Origin: Octopus vulgaris
Taxonomy: Eukaryota
Length of the DNA stretch: 64,000 nucleotides
Direction: 5' to 3'
NCBI GenBank assembly: GCA_951406725.2
Contig: OX597821.1
Location: forward strand, 69,998,001-70,062,000
The position numbers were made by a program, and so were the translations under genes. How positions within the stretch are numbered: position 1 is the first letter of the stretch; the number at the start of each line of letters is the position of its first letter. This document shows, one piece after another, positions 30,639 to 43,612 of the stretch. Below the pieces are notes generated by a model. That model searched no databases and was not told the DNA's origin. It saw nothing but the letters and a program-made list of their open reading frames with translations.

Positions 30639-30987
30639 ATATATATATATTTATGTATACATATATATATACACACACACATTTTAATTATATGTATAAA
30701 TGTACATATGTATATATATGTCGACAGGTAAATGTAATCATCACGTGTATATTATAGGAAGATTACGAGAGTTCTTAATGCTGGGAGTAGTGAAGCATTA
30801 TTAGGTGAAGCGTCACAGATCGCCACTCAGAGTTCCTGGCTGCCGATCTTTGGACGATTATATGTAAACATACATGCACACATTCGTAACCATATGCATA
30901 GATATACATATATATACATAGATAGATAGATATACATATATATACGTACATATATATACGTATATATATATATATATATATATATAC

Positions 30988-31037
<50 letters not shown>

Positions 31038-31077
31038 GTATATATATATACATATTCGTATATATATATATATATAC

Positions 31078-31183
<106 letters not shown>

Positions 31184-31201
31184 GTATATATATATATATA
31201 C

Positions 31202-31269
<68 letters not shown>

Positions 31270-31284
31270 GTATATATATATACG

Positions 31285-31320
<36 letters not shown>

Positions 31321-31667
31321 CATATACACGCGTATATAGGTATGTATTGATATATATATATATATATATATATATGGCCACAGTGTCATAAGCTGAAACT
31401 AGAATCAATCAATCATATCACAGAGTGATAAACAATTACCTTAGGAACTTCTTTCATTAACTTACGGTTGTTTCCTCTAAAGGTCCAGCACATCCAGAGC
31501 AGAAAAAAGCTGTAAGCTAATGAGGTTCCTAAGACAATTGCTTCTTCCTTTGTTGTCTCTTTTTTTCTCATTACCGCACTATACTCGACTAACATTTTTT
31601 TTTTAAATGCTTATATATATTGAATTCATCACCGGCATATTTGTATCATAATGCCTCAGAGAAATTA

Positions 31668-31747
<80 letters not shown>

Positions 31748-31764
31748 ACACATATATATACATA

Positions 31765-31950
31765 TAAAATCCTTAAAATCCTTAAAAATGTTTTAGCCCG
31801 AAGGCCGCGGCCATGCTGGGACACCGCCGCTGAATGAGCTACACTAATTTGTGAATCCACCTCTGATACGTGGCTCTTGATCAACAAGGGAGTTCGATGC
31901 TGCTGCCCGCATCTGTGTCTCTTGCCGTGAGGTAGGTTCATCTGGGACTC
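31765..31950 (-). mobile_element. 5'-truncated CR1/L2-group LINE 3' end with (TTTAAGGA)n-type tail
   Basis: Shares CTCTTGCCGTGAGGTAGGTTCA with 15909-15930 and has the GGCGGTGTCCCAGCATGGCCGCGG tail. The same tail occurs alone at 15499-15570. Confidence 0.8.
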
Positions 31951-32107
31951 ATATGTATATACATATATATACACACACATACATATACATATATATGTGC
32001 TATTAAGTTAGACATGGCCTGGACCAATCTCTGGTCGAAACATATCTAAGTTTTATCTAAGTTTTTATATGTATATACATATATATATGTATGTATACAT
32101 ATGTATA

Positions 32108-32457
32108 TACATACAAACTTTAATTGACTGACCACTAAAAGTGGACAGTCAATATGCTAGATATAGACGTCAAAATCGCTATTTTTCCACGAAGAATGTG
32201 TTCTCAAGAAAAAACTCAGCAAAAAACTAAACTGTAAAAAATAAGCAAGACAAATGAAAATATACGAAATATAAATATTAGTTTATCGATTTTTATTTCG
32301 TATATTTTCATTTGTCTTGCTTAATTTTTTACACTTTGGTTTTTTGCTGAGTTTTTTCTTGAGAACACATTCTTCGTGGAAAATAGCGATTTTGACGTCT
32401 ATATCTAGCATATTGACTGTCCACTTTTAGTGATCAGTCCTTTAAATTTTGTATGTA
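32108..32457. repeat. ~350-bp near-perfect palindrome
   Basis: GACTGACCACTAAAAGTGGACAGTCAATATGCTAGATATAGACGTC..TACGAAATA is mirrored by TATTTCGTA..GACGTCTATATCTAGCATATTGACTGTCCACTTTTAGTGATCAGTC. Confidence 0.93.
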
Positions 32458-33355
32458 AAAAATATTTTAATCTTCGGATTTTTTTAATATGCTAGACCAC
32501 TGGTTTTAATAGATTAATATCAATTTCTACCCTTATTCAATTTTATGTATATACATATATATATGTATATATACATACATATACACACACACACATATAT
32601 ATATATATACATATATGCATACAAACATGTATATATGTGTGTGTGTGTGTGTGTGTAAGTATGTATGTATGTACATATGCATATATGGATATGTACATAT
32701 ATAAACTTGTTATGTGTGTAACAATAATTATACATTTGCATTTAAGCATATTACATACACAATCTGACGATGGCCAGGAGGTGGAAACTCCGAAGTCACT
32801 GTCACACCTCTACTTGTAAAGAAGAAAGGAATTTTATTGAAACGCACCGAGTAATTCTTCAGTTTAGTACTAAAATTGTTTTGATTATAACTTGACATAA
32901 AAACAAATATTAATAGGCAGACAGATAGATAGATACATACCTACATGTGTATGTATGCATATATACTTATATATCCACATACATATTTATATACATTCAT
33001 ATATACATATGACCACTAACAGATAAGTAAACTGGTAGATATTGAGTTAGTTTATATTTATATGTAGATAGATAGATAGATGGATAAATAGATAGAGAGA
33101 GAGAGGGGGGGGATAGATAGATAGATAGATAGATACAAATAGATAGATAGTCAAACAGACAGATAGATAGATACTCAAACAGATAGATAGATATACACAT
33201 ATATGTACATATTTATGATGAAAGATTTCCTAATAGTACACATGAGTAAAAATAAGAACAGTAATAAACGAGTGAAAAACGAATATATAGTGCGTGTGTT
33301 TATTTGGCAAAAAAAAATGACCGTCCCGAAATACAACATATGTATGTGTGTGTGC

Positions 33356-33441
<86 letters not shown>

Positions 33442-34278
33442 TATATATATACATATAGATGTAAATATGTATACACACATGCATATATATACATATGTAT
33501 ATGCATATATAATATATATGTATATACATATAGATGTAAATATGTATACACACATGCATATATATACATATGTATATGGATATATAATATATATGTATAT
33601 ACATATATGTATATATTTATATATATTTATGTATATATATGTATGTATATGTATATAATATATATACATATGTGTGTATATATATGTATGTATATGTATA
33701 TATATATATATATACATATACATACATACATATACATACATACATACATACATACATACATACATACATACATACATACATACATACATACATACATACA
33801 TACATACATACATGCATGTATACATTCATACATACATGCTTACATACATACATTCGAGTGAGTTTGTTTTTGTATGTTTTGAGTTTGTTTAATGAATTAA
33901 TCTCTCCGAAATAAGCGGTCTTTACGTGTTCCACTAATGCATACCTCTGCGTTTCACACTTACTATGCGTATGAAAACGAATAAAGAAAAATTTACATGC
34001 TACCTTGTATGTACACATGCATATTCATACACACACATACTCAATCCCATATATATATAGATATATATATATGCTATAATATATTTATACATTTATAGTG
34101 ATAGATGGATGTAAACATATGCATAAACTTATAGGAATTGTTTTGAGTTTGTTCCTGTGCATGCAAAAAAGAACGCGTAAGTTAGTAAACAAAGAAATAT
34201 ATACATTAACAGACATGTGTAGGTGTGAAAGCCATAATGCACACGTACATATGTATGTACTGATAAATACTAACGTGC

Positions 34279-34327
<49 letters not shown>

Positions 34328-34335
34328 CATATATG

Positions 34336-34627
34336 TGGAGGCGCAATGGCCCAGTGATTAGGGCACCGGACTCGCGGTTTCGATTCCCAGACCGGGCGTT
34401 GTGAGTGTTTATTGAGCGAAAACACCTAAAAGCTTCTACGCGGCTCCGGCAGGGGATGGTGGCGATCCCTGCTGTACTCTTTGGCCACAACTTTCTCCCA
34501 CTCTTTCTTCTGTTGGCCTGCTCGCTTAGCCAGCGGGGTGGCGTCACCTGAAGGCTAAAAACAATGCGAAGCGCATTGTGACCAGCGATGTGTAGCAACA
34601 TCTGATAGCCTGGTCGGTCACGGTGAT
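34336..34627 (+). mobile_element. tRNA-derived SINE (third family)
   Basis: GGAGGCGCAATGGCCCAGTGATTAGGGC A-box and GGTTTCGATTCCC B-box. Tail CAATGCGAAGCGCATTGTGACCAGCGATG is also seen inverted at ~54770-54835. Confidence 0.8.
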
Positions 34628-34657
34628 ATACATATATATGTGCGTGTGTGTGTACGA

Positions 34658-34711
<54 letters not shown>

Positions 34712-34918
34712 GTTGAGACAAAAGTAAAGATATATATAAGTTGACATACAATTTTTTTTTTCAGATTTCTATTTATTCATACATTCATATGATTTGTCAT
34801 TCATTCACCAACGTGCACAAGACATTTAGAAATTCTTCAAAGAAAATGGTTTTACCATTATATTTGCTGATGAATATCATCTATACATATATATATGTAC
34901 GTGAATATATTTATATCT

Positions 34919-34967
<49 letters not shown>

Positions 34968-35837
34968 GTAGATTCAGTGATTTGTTTTTTTATTCATCGC
35001 CGTTGTCAGTTTTTTTTGTTTTTCACTCTGTTTAGAGTTTTAAGTCTGAATGGTTGATATACGTTGAGTATATCTAGAACGTCCGATAGGCGTTAGTAAA
35101 TGTATTTGTTTCAATACCGTCACTTTCTTCAAAGAAGTCCTGATCAAAACTTTGGTAAATCCTATTGTCTTACTTCTGTTTTGGAAGGAAGGTCAGAAGG
35201 AGTCCTTTGAATTATGAATGAGGTCCGTTTTGAATAAGGATATTCAAAAAAAGAGAGGACATTAAACCAGGAAGATACAAAAACGTAAACAGAAGAATGT
35301 AGAAGGAAAGGAAGTGTGTAACAAGTAGAAAAGTGGAAGGAACAAGGAAGAAAAGCAGTTATTGAATGAAACCGCTGTCTTTTCATTATCAGGATATCGA
35401 CAACAAGGGCCATAGCAGCAGCAACCACAACCGAAACATTGTCAACAAAACTCAATAATAGATCCCAAGGTAAGACGACAACAGATATTCTTCATATATG
35501 TGTGAATTGTGTGTGTGTGTGCGCGCGCATATAAGTGTGTGTGGACCTATGTTGTGTGACAAGTTTTAAGCGTTTTGTCGTCCATATTTTTATTGTAGCT
35601 TCTCTCTGCCATTTTCGCGGTTGTCAACGTGGTCGCTGCTGCTGCTGCTGCTACTGCTGCTGTCTTTCAGAATTAGTTTTGTTGTAAAGTGTTTCTCTTT
35701 TCTTCTTTTGATTTTCATCACTTTTTGTGTTTTGTTTATCAGTCGTTTACTTGTTATAAATTCCTTTATTTTTACTGCTTCTACTTTTAATTATGTTTCG
35801 TACAATGAAATTTTCAAATGACCATGTGTGTGTGTGT

Positions 35838-35872
<35 letters not shown>

Positions 35873-35923
35873 CTGTATTTATAATTTAGAGTCAGTACTA
35901 ATGGTAGGTGGTGGCGAACGCTG

Positions 35924-38737
35924 TCACCGAGGCCATCCGGCTAAACCACACGTTTGTAAATAATGCCTGTATTTGTCAACATCCAATGGGTTGACAGCAA
36001 AAGCAAACGGGCTACTGAAAGCACTGGTTGCCTGTCGAAACATGTCGATGCTCGCGGGCCGAAATGCTGGTAAACCACTTGGCATTGACATTTGGACAGT
36101 GGCTGGCGACAAATCAGTTCGGAAACAGGTGAGAGCTGTTGGTTGTGTTTCCAGGTTTATTTTGCCTTCCGATTGTTTACCGATGATACTGTCTATTGAA
36201 AATCCGTTCTTGGCCGTTGGGGCCGGTGGTTTTAGTTCAACTCCGCAGTTTGCAGCAATGCTCTTGGCTGCATTTAGTAAACTCGTTTGACTAGGTGACG
36301 TGGAGAGGCCCAACGAAACGGGCAGTAGCGTTGATGTCCTGTTTGCATCGGCGCCGCCGTGAGCAAAGAGCGGGATGTGGGGGCTGACGTGAGACGTGTG
36401 GTACGGTAAGCCCATAATTGGGTAGGGCTGGAAGCGATGGTGAGGGTAAAAAGGGTCTCCGCCGGACATGAAAGCCGCTGCCGCTGCCGCCGCCGCCGAC
36501 TGTTGAACGTCCGGTGTCTGCCTTTTGTAGCGTTTTCGGCGTCGCAAGAAGCTACCATTGTCGAACATGTCCTCGGAGGCGGGATCTAAGGTCCAGTAGT
36601 TTCCTTTTCCCGGATTTCCCGGTTCACGAGGTATTTTTACAAAGCAGTCATTCAGTGACAGGTTATGTCTTATACTGTTTTGCCAAGCCGGAAATTTCTC
36701 TCTGTAGTATGGGAAACGGTTGATAATGAAATCACATATGGCAGACAGTGTAAGCCTTTTGCGAGGTGACTGTAAGATGGACATGGTTATGAGAGCAATG
36801 TATGAATAAGGAGGTTTCACTAAGTTCGAACCTTTGGTCGAGGACGCTAGCGGCACAGAAGGAGACGGGGTCCGATCACCGTCAGTGTGATGTCCATTCA
36901 GATCGTCTTCGATTTCTACTTTGTGTTTGATCGGTGGGGACACTGTGCTGGTGTCTCTTTCCGTGTGTCTCCCTATGTGGTCAATGTGGCTGGCAATACC
37001 ATTCATGCAGTCGATAATGGCCGCCGCTGACGTTGGGGTCGTCGTCGCCGTCGTCGTCGCTGCTGCTGCTGCTATTGTTGTTGACATAGACGTTGTTGTT
37101 GTTAATGTTGTTGGTGGTGACGGCGAATTGTTTGTGTTGTTGTTTGTTGGAGATGTTAATGAGAGGGACGACGCCATTGCCGCTGCAGCCGCCGCCGCCG
37201 CTGCTGCCGCTGCCGCTGCCGACAGTGATTGTGATGAGGATGATGGTGGGGAAGATGCTGATGGAGATGATGATGACATTGATGGTGAAGAAGACGCAGT
37301 ATTCGGTGAGGTATCTAAATCTGAGAGGGAAGGTTTCAAATCTGGCGTCGGGCAGAAACCGTCAACGTCAATTGGAGCGTCATCTAAGTCGTCATCACCA
37401 TCGTCTACGTCGCCGTCAGCGTCGTCACCGTCGCCCTCGTCATCTAAGTCATCATCGTCGAGGTAGTCGTCGTTCTCGTCAACGTCAACATCAACGTCGA
37501 CGTCAACATCTACGTCGACGTCGACGTCAACGTCAATATCGTGTCTCATGTCGTCTTCCAGTCCTGCAGGCGGCGGCGAGGCTGGCAACGGAAACACCGT
37601 CGAAGCCGGCGTTGGCAGAGTCAGAAGTGGCGGCGGTGGTGGCGAAGAGGTTGCAGCAGGTGGCGTTGTTGGGGACGAAGATGACGGCGGTGACGTTCTT
37701 ACTTTCGTTGTTTGCAGTAATGGTGCTGATGATGATGATGATGATGGTAGTACAGGTGGTGGTGGTGGTGGTGGTGATGGTGTTATTGACGGAGATTTGC
37801 ATTCACTTGGACACAGTTTCGAATTACTGCTGAGACTGTGCTGTTGTTGAGCATGTTGGTGCTGTTGATGATGGTGGGGATGATGTCGCCGGTGGTGGTG
37901 GTGATGATGATGATAGTGATGGGCGTGAGTTTTGTTCTTCGGATTGGAATTACTATTATTATTATTGTTGTTGTTGTTATTGAGGTGATTTGGGTTTAAA
38001 TGACCATTCCGTCCGGCAATAACATTATTGCCACCGCTGCTGCTGCTGCTGGTATTTTTGTTGCTGCTGCCGCTGCCGCCGTTGCTGTTGTTACAGCTTC
38101 CGTCACTGCTGTTGATCTTGTGACTGCTTCCATTGCTGCTGCTGCTGCTGCCGTTATTGTTGTTGTTGTTGTTGGTATTGTGATTGCTGCTGCTGCTGAT
38201 ATTAATACTGCTGTCAATTTGGTTTTGCTGCTGTAACTGCTGCTGCTGCTGCTGTTGTGGGTTGTTGTTGTTATTGAGGTGGTGGTGATGTTGATAGTTG
38301 TGATGGTGTTGAGGCGGTGGCTGTTGCTGTTGATGATGGTGGTGTTGCTGATTGTTGTTGTGGTGATGATGGTGGTGATGGTGGAGATGGTGGTGAGGAT
38401 GGAGAGGATGACTTTGATCTAAGTGGTCTATGTGGTCCAAGGGTGACAACGGCGGGTTCGAATCCAGATGCAGACCATTAGACGTGCCGAAACTTGTTAT
38501 CCGAGCCGGCAGCGACGACGACGAGGAAGAAGACGACATTCTTAAGGTGGAGGTGGTCGTGGTTATGTTTTTATTATTGTTACTATTATTGCTGTTGTTG
38601 TTGTTGTTGCTGTGGTGGTTGTTGTTGTTGTTGTTCTGCCTGGAACCAGGGACGATGTTAGGGAATGCTTGTTGTTTATCAGGTACCTCATCTGCTGTCT
38701 CCCTTGGAAGGATAGATTTCATATCAAACCTCATCAT
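35924..38737 (-). CDS. FoxD: Forkhead box D transcription factor (FoxD/FoxD3-like), apparently single exon, ~937 aa from first ATG
   Basis: Forkhead domain [101 protein letters not shown] (~36521-36823) is of FoxD class. C-terminal eh1 FSIDSIIG (36179-36202) and acidic DIDV/PIDVDG region are present. The ORF-track start at 38893 is a GTG; the first in-frame ATG is 38737 (MMRFDMKS). The true start is uncertain. Confidence 0.93.
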   Translation of the reverse strand: MMRFDMKSILPRETADEVPDKQQAFPNIVPGSRQNNNNNNHHSNNNNNSNNSNNNKNITTTTSTLRMSSSSSSSSLPARITSFGTSNGLHLDSNPPLSPLDHIDHLDQSHPLHPHHHLHHHHHHHHNNNQQHHHHQQQQPPPQHHHNYQHHHHLNNNNNPQQQQQQQLQQQNQIDSSINISSSSNHNTNNNNNNNGSSSSSNGSSHKINSSDGSCNNSNGGSGSSNKNTSSSSSGGNNVIAGRNGHLNPNHLNNNNNNNNNSNSNPKNKTHAHHYHHHHHHHRRHHPHHHQQHQHAQQQHSLSSNSKLCPSECKSPSITPSPPPPPPPVLPSSSSSSAPLLQTTKVRTSPPSSSSPTTPPAATSSPPPPPLLTLPTPASTVFPLPASPPPAGLEDDMRHDIDVDVDVDVDVDVDVDVDVDENDDYLDDDDLDDEGDGDDADGDVDDGDDDLDDAPIDVDGFCPTPDLKPSLSDLDTSPNTASSSPSMSSSSPSASSPPSSSSQSLSAAAAAAAAAAAAAAMASSLSLTSPTNNNTNNSPSPPTTLTTTTSMSTTIAAAAATTTATTTPTSAAAIIDCMNGIASHIDHIGRHTERDTSTVSPPIKHKVEIEDDLNGHHTDGDRTPSPSVPLASSTKGSNLVKPPYSYIALITMSILQSPRKRLTLSAICDFIINRFPYYREKFPAWQNSIRHNLSLNDCFVKIPREPGNPGKGNYWTLDPASEDMFDNGSFLRRRKRYKRQTPDVQQSAAAAAAAAFMSGGDPFYPHHRFQPYPIMGLPYHTSHVSPHIPLFAHGGADANRTSTLLPVSLGLSTSPSQTSLLNAAKSIAANCGVELKPPAPTAKNGFSIDSIIGKQSEGKINLETQPTALTCFRTDLSPATVQMSMPSGLPAFRPASIDMFRQATSAFSSPFAFAVNPLDVDKYRHYLQTCGLAGWPR

Positions 38738-38773
38738 ACAAGAACGAGTGAAATGATAATAATAATAATAATG

Positions 38774-38825
<52 letters not shown>

Positions 38826-38839
38826 GAAGAAGAATAAGA

Positions 38840-38915
38840 AGAATTTCTTAACAAAGGCACAAGGCCAGAAAGTTTGGTGTAAAGAAAAAACACGGTCGAC
38901 TAGATCAACCCAATT
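38840..38915 (-). mobile_element. 3' remnant of the Nin/Deu-domain SINE plus (TAT)n tail just upstream of the FoxD ATG
   Basis: TTTCTTAACAAAGGCACAAGGCCAGAAAGTTT..GGTCGACTAGATCAACCC aligns with TCTTTCTACTAAAGGCATAAGGCCTGACATTT..AGTTGATTACAACGACCCC at 60051-60115. Confidence 0.6.
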
Positions 38916-39517
38916 ATGAATGGACAGGGCGATGGCATCCAAAAGTATTTCTTAGTTATGTCCATAGATTATTATTATTATTGTTGTTATTATTATTATT
39001 AGTAGTAGTAATATTATTGTGGTGGTGGTGAGAGAGAATGGTGGTAGCAGAAGTTTTTTATCAAAGGTTTTGAAAAGAGTAACTTTGAAAATGGAGGAAG
39101 CAAAATATATATCCGGTAAACAGAAATCAGGTAAATTTTGTGAAGGAATTAAAGTCAAAATCGTGGGGTTCAATTCAAAATTTTGGACAGTTCTGTTAAT
39201 TTATATTTGTATTGTTTTTGTTGTGTGTATATGTACCATGATACTTTTTTTTAAATAATCTCATGCGTGTTATACAGCTTGCAAGTGTGTGTACGTGTGT
39301 CTGTGTAAAAAGGTGCGGCGTATACGTGAATCCTCACGCTTTTGAATGATAAACTCCCTTATGTAATATCTTCTATTTCTCGTTCTTGCTGCTGTTTTTG
39401 TTGTTATAATTATTATTGTTGTTGTAGTAGCTGCTCTTGTTTTCCGTAGCAAAGTTTACGTTCTAGATGGAAATTGTTACTATTGGTACTTTTGTTTTTG
39501 TTATTGATGTGGTGGCG

Positions 39518-39551
<34 letters not shown>

Positions 39552-40129
39552 CAGTAGTAGTAGTAGTACAAGTGGTGGTGGAGGTTGTTGTTGTTGTAGT
39601 AATTACTGTATCATTCGCTTACGCTGTGCTGTGCTGTGATGTCCGCTTTCTCTCTCTTCTAAAATCTCTCTTTTAATTAACTGTATCCTAATCATTGAAT
39701 AATCTGCATTATAAACATTAATCCCCATTATCACCACGTTACCTTCACTATTGCACCCGACTGCATCATCGACAATATCGATGTAGCGATGGTGATTAGC
39801 AAAGCCGACTTTTTCATTGTTGTTGCTTTTCCACTTATCGTTGGAGTTTTCGTTATTTCGCTGCGTAAAGTAGGCATCAGGGTTTTCATCGTCATCATTA
39901 TCGCAAAGTTTATCATCGATGTAATAATCATCGCATTCTTTGTAATTATCGCTGTGTCCATTATAGATTTCATTGATATTGACAACATCGATTTCGTTGA
40001 TCAATATTCCAATATTTTGACTGGTTTCTTTTTCTGGCTGTAATTAAAATAAAAGTATAAATGAGAAAAATTATGTGAGTCAAAACAAATAGAAACTTTA
40101 TATACACAAATTCACACTCATACATATAC

Positions 40130-40274
40130 CTATTTCTTTATTACTCACAAGGGGCTAAACACAGAGGGGACAAACAAGGACAGACATAGGTATTAAGTCG
40201 ATTACATCGATCCCAGTTCGTAACTGGTACTTAATTTATCGACCCCGAAAGGATGAAAGGGGTCGATAAATTAA
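40130..40274 (-). mobile_element. 3' half of Nin/Deu-domain SINE ending in a fold-back
   Basis: Reverse complement of 4525-4650; truncated by the inverted repeat TTAATTTATCGACCCC..GGGGTCGATAAATTAA. Confidence 0.8.
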
Positions 40275-40399
40275 ATACACATACATACATACAGACAGAC
40301 AGACACATATAGATGCATGCATACATGTAATAAACAGACAGTCGCCATGTATAGACAGTTTATAGCACATTTATATAACATATTGAATATATATATATA

Positions 40400-40877
40400 T
40401 TCTTTTGCTTGTTTCTGTCGTTTGATTGCGGCCAAGCTGGAGCACCACCTTTAGTCGAGCAAATCGACCCCAGGACTTATTCTTTGTACGCCTAGTACTT
40501 ATTCTATCGTTTTTTTTTTTTGCCGAACTGCTAAATTACGGGGAATTAAACACGCCAGCATCGGTTGTTTAGCGATGTTGAGGGTACAAACACATACACA
40601 CAAACACACAGATATATATATATATGTATGTGTGTGTATATATACATATACATATATATGTATGTATATATATATATATATATGTATGTGTATATATATA
40701 TACACATGTGTGTATGTGTGTATATATACATATGTGTGTATGTATATATATATACACACACACACGACGGGCTTCTTCCAGTTTCCGTCAACCAAATCCA
40801 TTCAAGGTTTTCGTCGGTCCGACCGAGCCCGGAATCATATGGTTGGTAAAGCAAGCTACTTAGCATACAGCCACTCA
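40400..40877 (-). mobile_element. CORE-type tRNA SINE, diverged
   Basis: Reverse complement of the 20799 family with an internal deletion. Confidence 0.8.
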
Positions 40878-41080
40878 TATATATATATGTTAGTAGGAAA
40901 CCAGGAAAACCCCCCTCTAGAATGTAAGTATACTCAGGGATGAGAAATGAAGTCCATAATTTTAATATAACTTATATGGGCAAGAAGATTGTATCTATAT
41001 TTATATCCATACATATCTACATATGTATGGATATATACATGTGTTTGTGTATATATATACATGTATACACATATATATCC

Positions 41081-41140
<60 letters not shown>

Positions 41141-41270
41141 ATTCACACACAGATATATATATATATACACACATATATGTATACACATATATCCATATAT
41201 ATATGTATACAGATATATATCCATATATATATATACATACATACATATACACGCACAAACATATATATCC

Positions 41271-41310
<40 letters not shown>

Positions 41311-41421
41311 TGTATAATCAGAAAAATAGAGAAAAACTTTTGCTCATCAAACAAATTGAAGCACATCGGTTTGTTTGTTGATCAAAGATTTTCTCCATTT
41401 TCTGATTATTTAAATTATACA

Positions 41422-41462
<41 letters not shown>

Positions 41463-41732
41463 TATATATGTTTGTGTGTGTATATGTATGTATGTATATA
41501 TATATATATGGATATATATTTGATTCCTGATAAACTTTTGTTTATTCTGTTGTTACCTGAAGCCAATGAGCAGAGTGTGCCTGCATACCCATGCCCCAGG
41601 GATAGCACAGGTAGTTGACACCCAACGGCGAACACTAATAGATATATATATGTATATATATATATACACGTAGGTAAGTAGTATTCACGGTTGTAATTCC
41701 CCTCTAAGGGATAATATATATATATATATACT

Positions 41733-41976
41733 ATTTGTTTCAGTCACTAGATTGCAGCCATGCTGCAGCACCGCTTTGGAGGATTTTTACACGAGTGAAT
41801 GAAGAGCAGCACCTTATGTTTTATTTGTTAATACAGGTATTTATCCTATCGATCTATTTTGCCGAACCGCTGAAGTTGCGGAGACGTAAACACACCAACG
41901 CTAGTTGTCACGCAGTGATAGAGGATCGGACAAAGATACACACGCATAGATATATACATACATAACATACACACAC

Positions 41977-42034
<58 letters not shown>

Positions 42035-42203
42035 TATACATACACGACTGGCCTCTTTCAGTTTTCGTTTACCAAATCCACTCACAAGGTCTTGGTTGGC
42101 TCGAGGTTATAGTAGAAGACACCTGCTAAAGTTGCCACGTAGTGTGACTGAACCCGGAACCATGGAATTAGGAAGCAAACCTCTTACCACTTGGCTACTC
42201 CTG
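41733..42203 (-). mobile_element. CORE-type tRNA SINE, diverged
   Basis: Reverse complement of the 20799 family. Confidence 0.8.
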
Positions 42204-42328
42204 GTTATGCTAATCCGCCACTGGACTTCAAATTCACTTTAACTTAGTTAAATTATTCTACATGACTTGAGATACTCGTGCTGCCTTGATTCTGAATTTT
42301 TTTTTTACTCTATTATAATATGTACCTG

Positions 42329-42380
42329 CTGTAACGGAACCCTGTAACGGAACCCTGTAACGGAACCCTGATACGGATCC
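42329..42380. repeat. 13-bp minisatellite (CTGTAACGGAACC x3 plus one degenerate unit)
   Basis: Direct reading of the sequence. Confidence 0.9.
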
Positions 42381-42483
42381 CTAGATCCAGTCTTAGGCGG
42401 TGATCTAGGAACCTAATGGTCAACCAACCATAGCACTTACTCACTGTAGCTATTCGTTTAGATCACAAATGAACTAAACATAT

Positions 42484-42528
<45 letters not shown>

Positions 42529-42625
42529 TAATCCAAACAAGAAAGCACAAAAAAAACACAACAACGCGTGGACGTGGAACAAATATAGTATTATTGGACG
42601 CTCAGGAAAGAAGGAAAGAAGGAGG

Positions 42626-42660
42626 GTTTAACGTTTCGAGCGGAGCTCTTCGTCGGAAAC
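42626..42660 (-). ncRNA. Minimal type I hammerhead with CCGACGA core variant
   Basis: GUUU CCGACGA A GAGC UCC GCUC GAAAC GU U AAAC: stem I GUUU/AAAC, stem II GAGC/GCUC, palindromic ACGU stem III. It lies within a ~230-bp cassette (42523-42730) whose start is repeated at 42753. Confidence 0.65.
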
Positions 42661-43301
42661 ATAGGAGAAGGAAAGATCCAGAGAAGGGAAGACAGAGGTA
42701 AAAAATCGCCAACGGTACACACGAGGTCACATGTGTGTGTGTGTGTGTGTGTGTGTAGTTAATCCAAACATGAACAAAGAGAAAACACAACGCGAGGACA
42801 TGGAACATATGTGTATATATATATGTGTGTGTGTATATATATATATGCATATATGTATGCATATATATATATATATGTATGCACATATACATATATATAT
42901 GTATATATGTATTCATATCTATGTGTATATATATATATAGAGAGAGAGATAATTACATGTATATACATACATACAAGTGTGGGAATGTGCGTGTGTGTGT
43001 GTGTTTGTGTGTGTGTCACGCTGGGACAGTGCTTAGAAGAATCTTGATCGAACGAATTGATCTCCGTGCTTATAGTTTCGCTTTAAACCTAGAACTTCTC
43101 TGTCGGTTTGTTGCACAACCTCAAAGTTGCGGGGATGTAAACACACTAACACTGGTTGTCATGCAATGGTTGGGGAAAGCCATGGGCAGAAAGACGAACA
43201 TACACACATGCACACACATACAAACACGCACGCATATACACACACACACACACTTGTCTCGGACGATGACAATACTGTGAAACCGATTCGAAAGGTGTGT
43301 A

Positions 43302-43332
<31 letters not shown>

Positions 43333-43414
43333 GCATACCAGAGTAAGCACATAAATGTGAAACAAGGTGGAAAAAATAGTACTCGATAACAAGAGGTAGA
43401 GTAAAATGATTTAT

Positions 43415-43560
43415 TTAAAAGCAGCACAAATATCATAGAAACTGTTACTCAGAGTTTCCCGTTCGTCCGGCAGTTTTGTTTATTCTAAACAAACTATCCG
43501 ACGAACGGGAACGTGGAGCTCTGAGTAACAATTTTTGTGATGTTTTTTTTGCTGCTATTT
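43415..43560. repeat. Fold-back palindrome of a hammerhead-bearing cassette
   Basis: Arms are centred on GTTT-ATTCT-AAAC (43478-43490). Each arm holds a damaged CCGACGA ACG GGAA CGT GAAACTC T GAGT A motif. Confidence 0.75.
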
Positions 43561-43566
43561 AATTAA

Positions 43567-43612
<46 letters not shown>

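Noticed and set aside
32143-32170. GACAGTC..AGA as a hairpin-ribozyme loop A
   Set aside because: Helices 1 and 2 do not pair and no loop B is present.
32764-32805. CTGACGA..GGAG-GTGGAAA-CTCC-GAAG as a hammerhead
   Set aside because: Extra bases before stem II, GAAG instead of GAAA, and no convincing stem I or III.
36921-38756. Plus-strand ORFs antisense to FoxD
   Set aside because: Shadow ORFs of a repeat-rich, GC-richer coding strand; no domain similarity seen.
38738-38893. N-terminal 52 aa of the 989-aa FoxD ORF
   Set aside because: It starts at GTG and consists of a SINE tail and (TAT)n.
39603-40004. 133-aa D/N-rich ORF upstream of FoxD
   Set aside because: Looks like decayed (GAT/AAC)n repeats; no recognisable domain.
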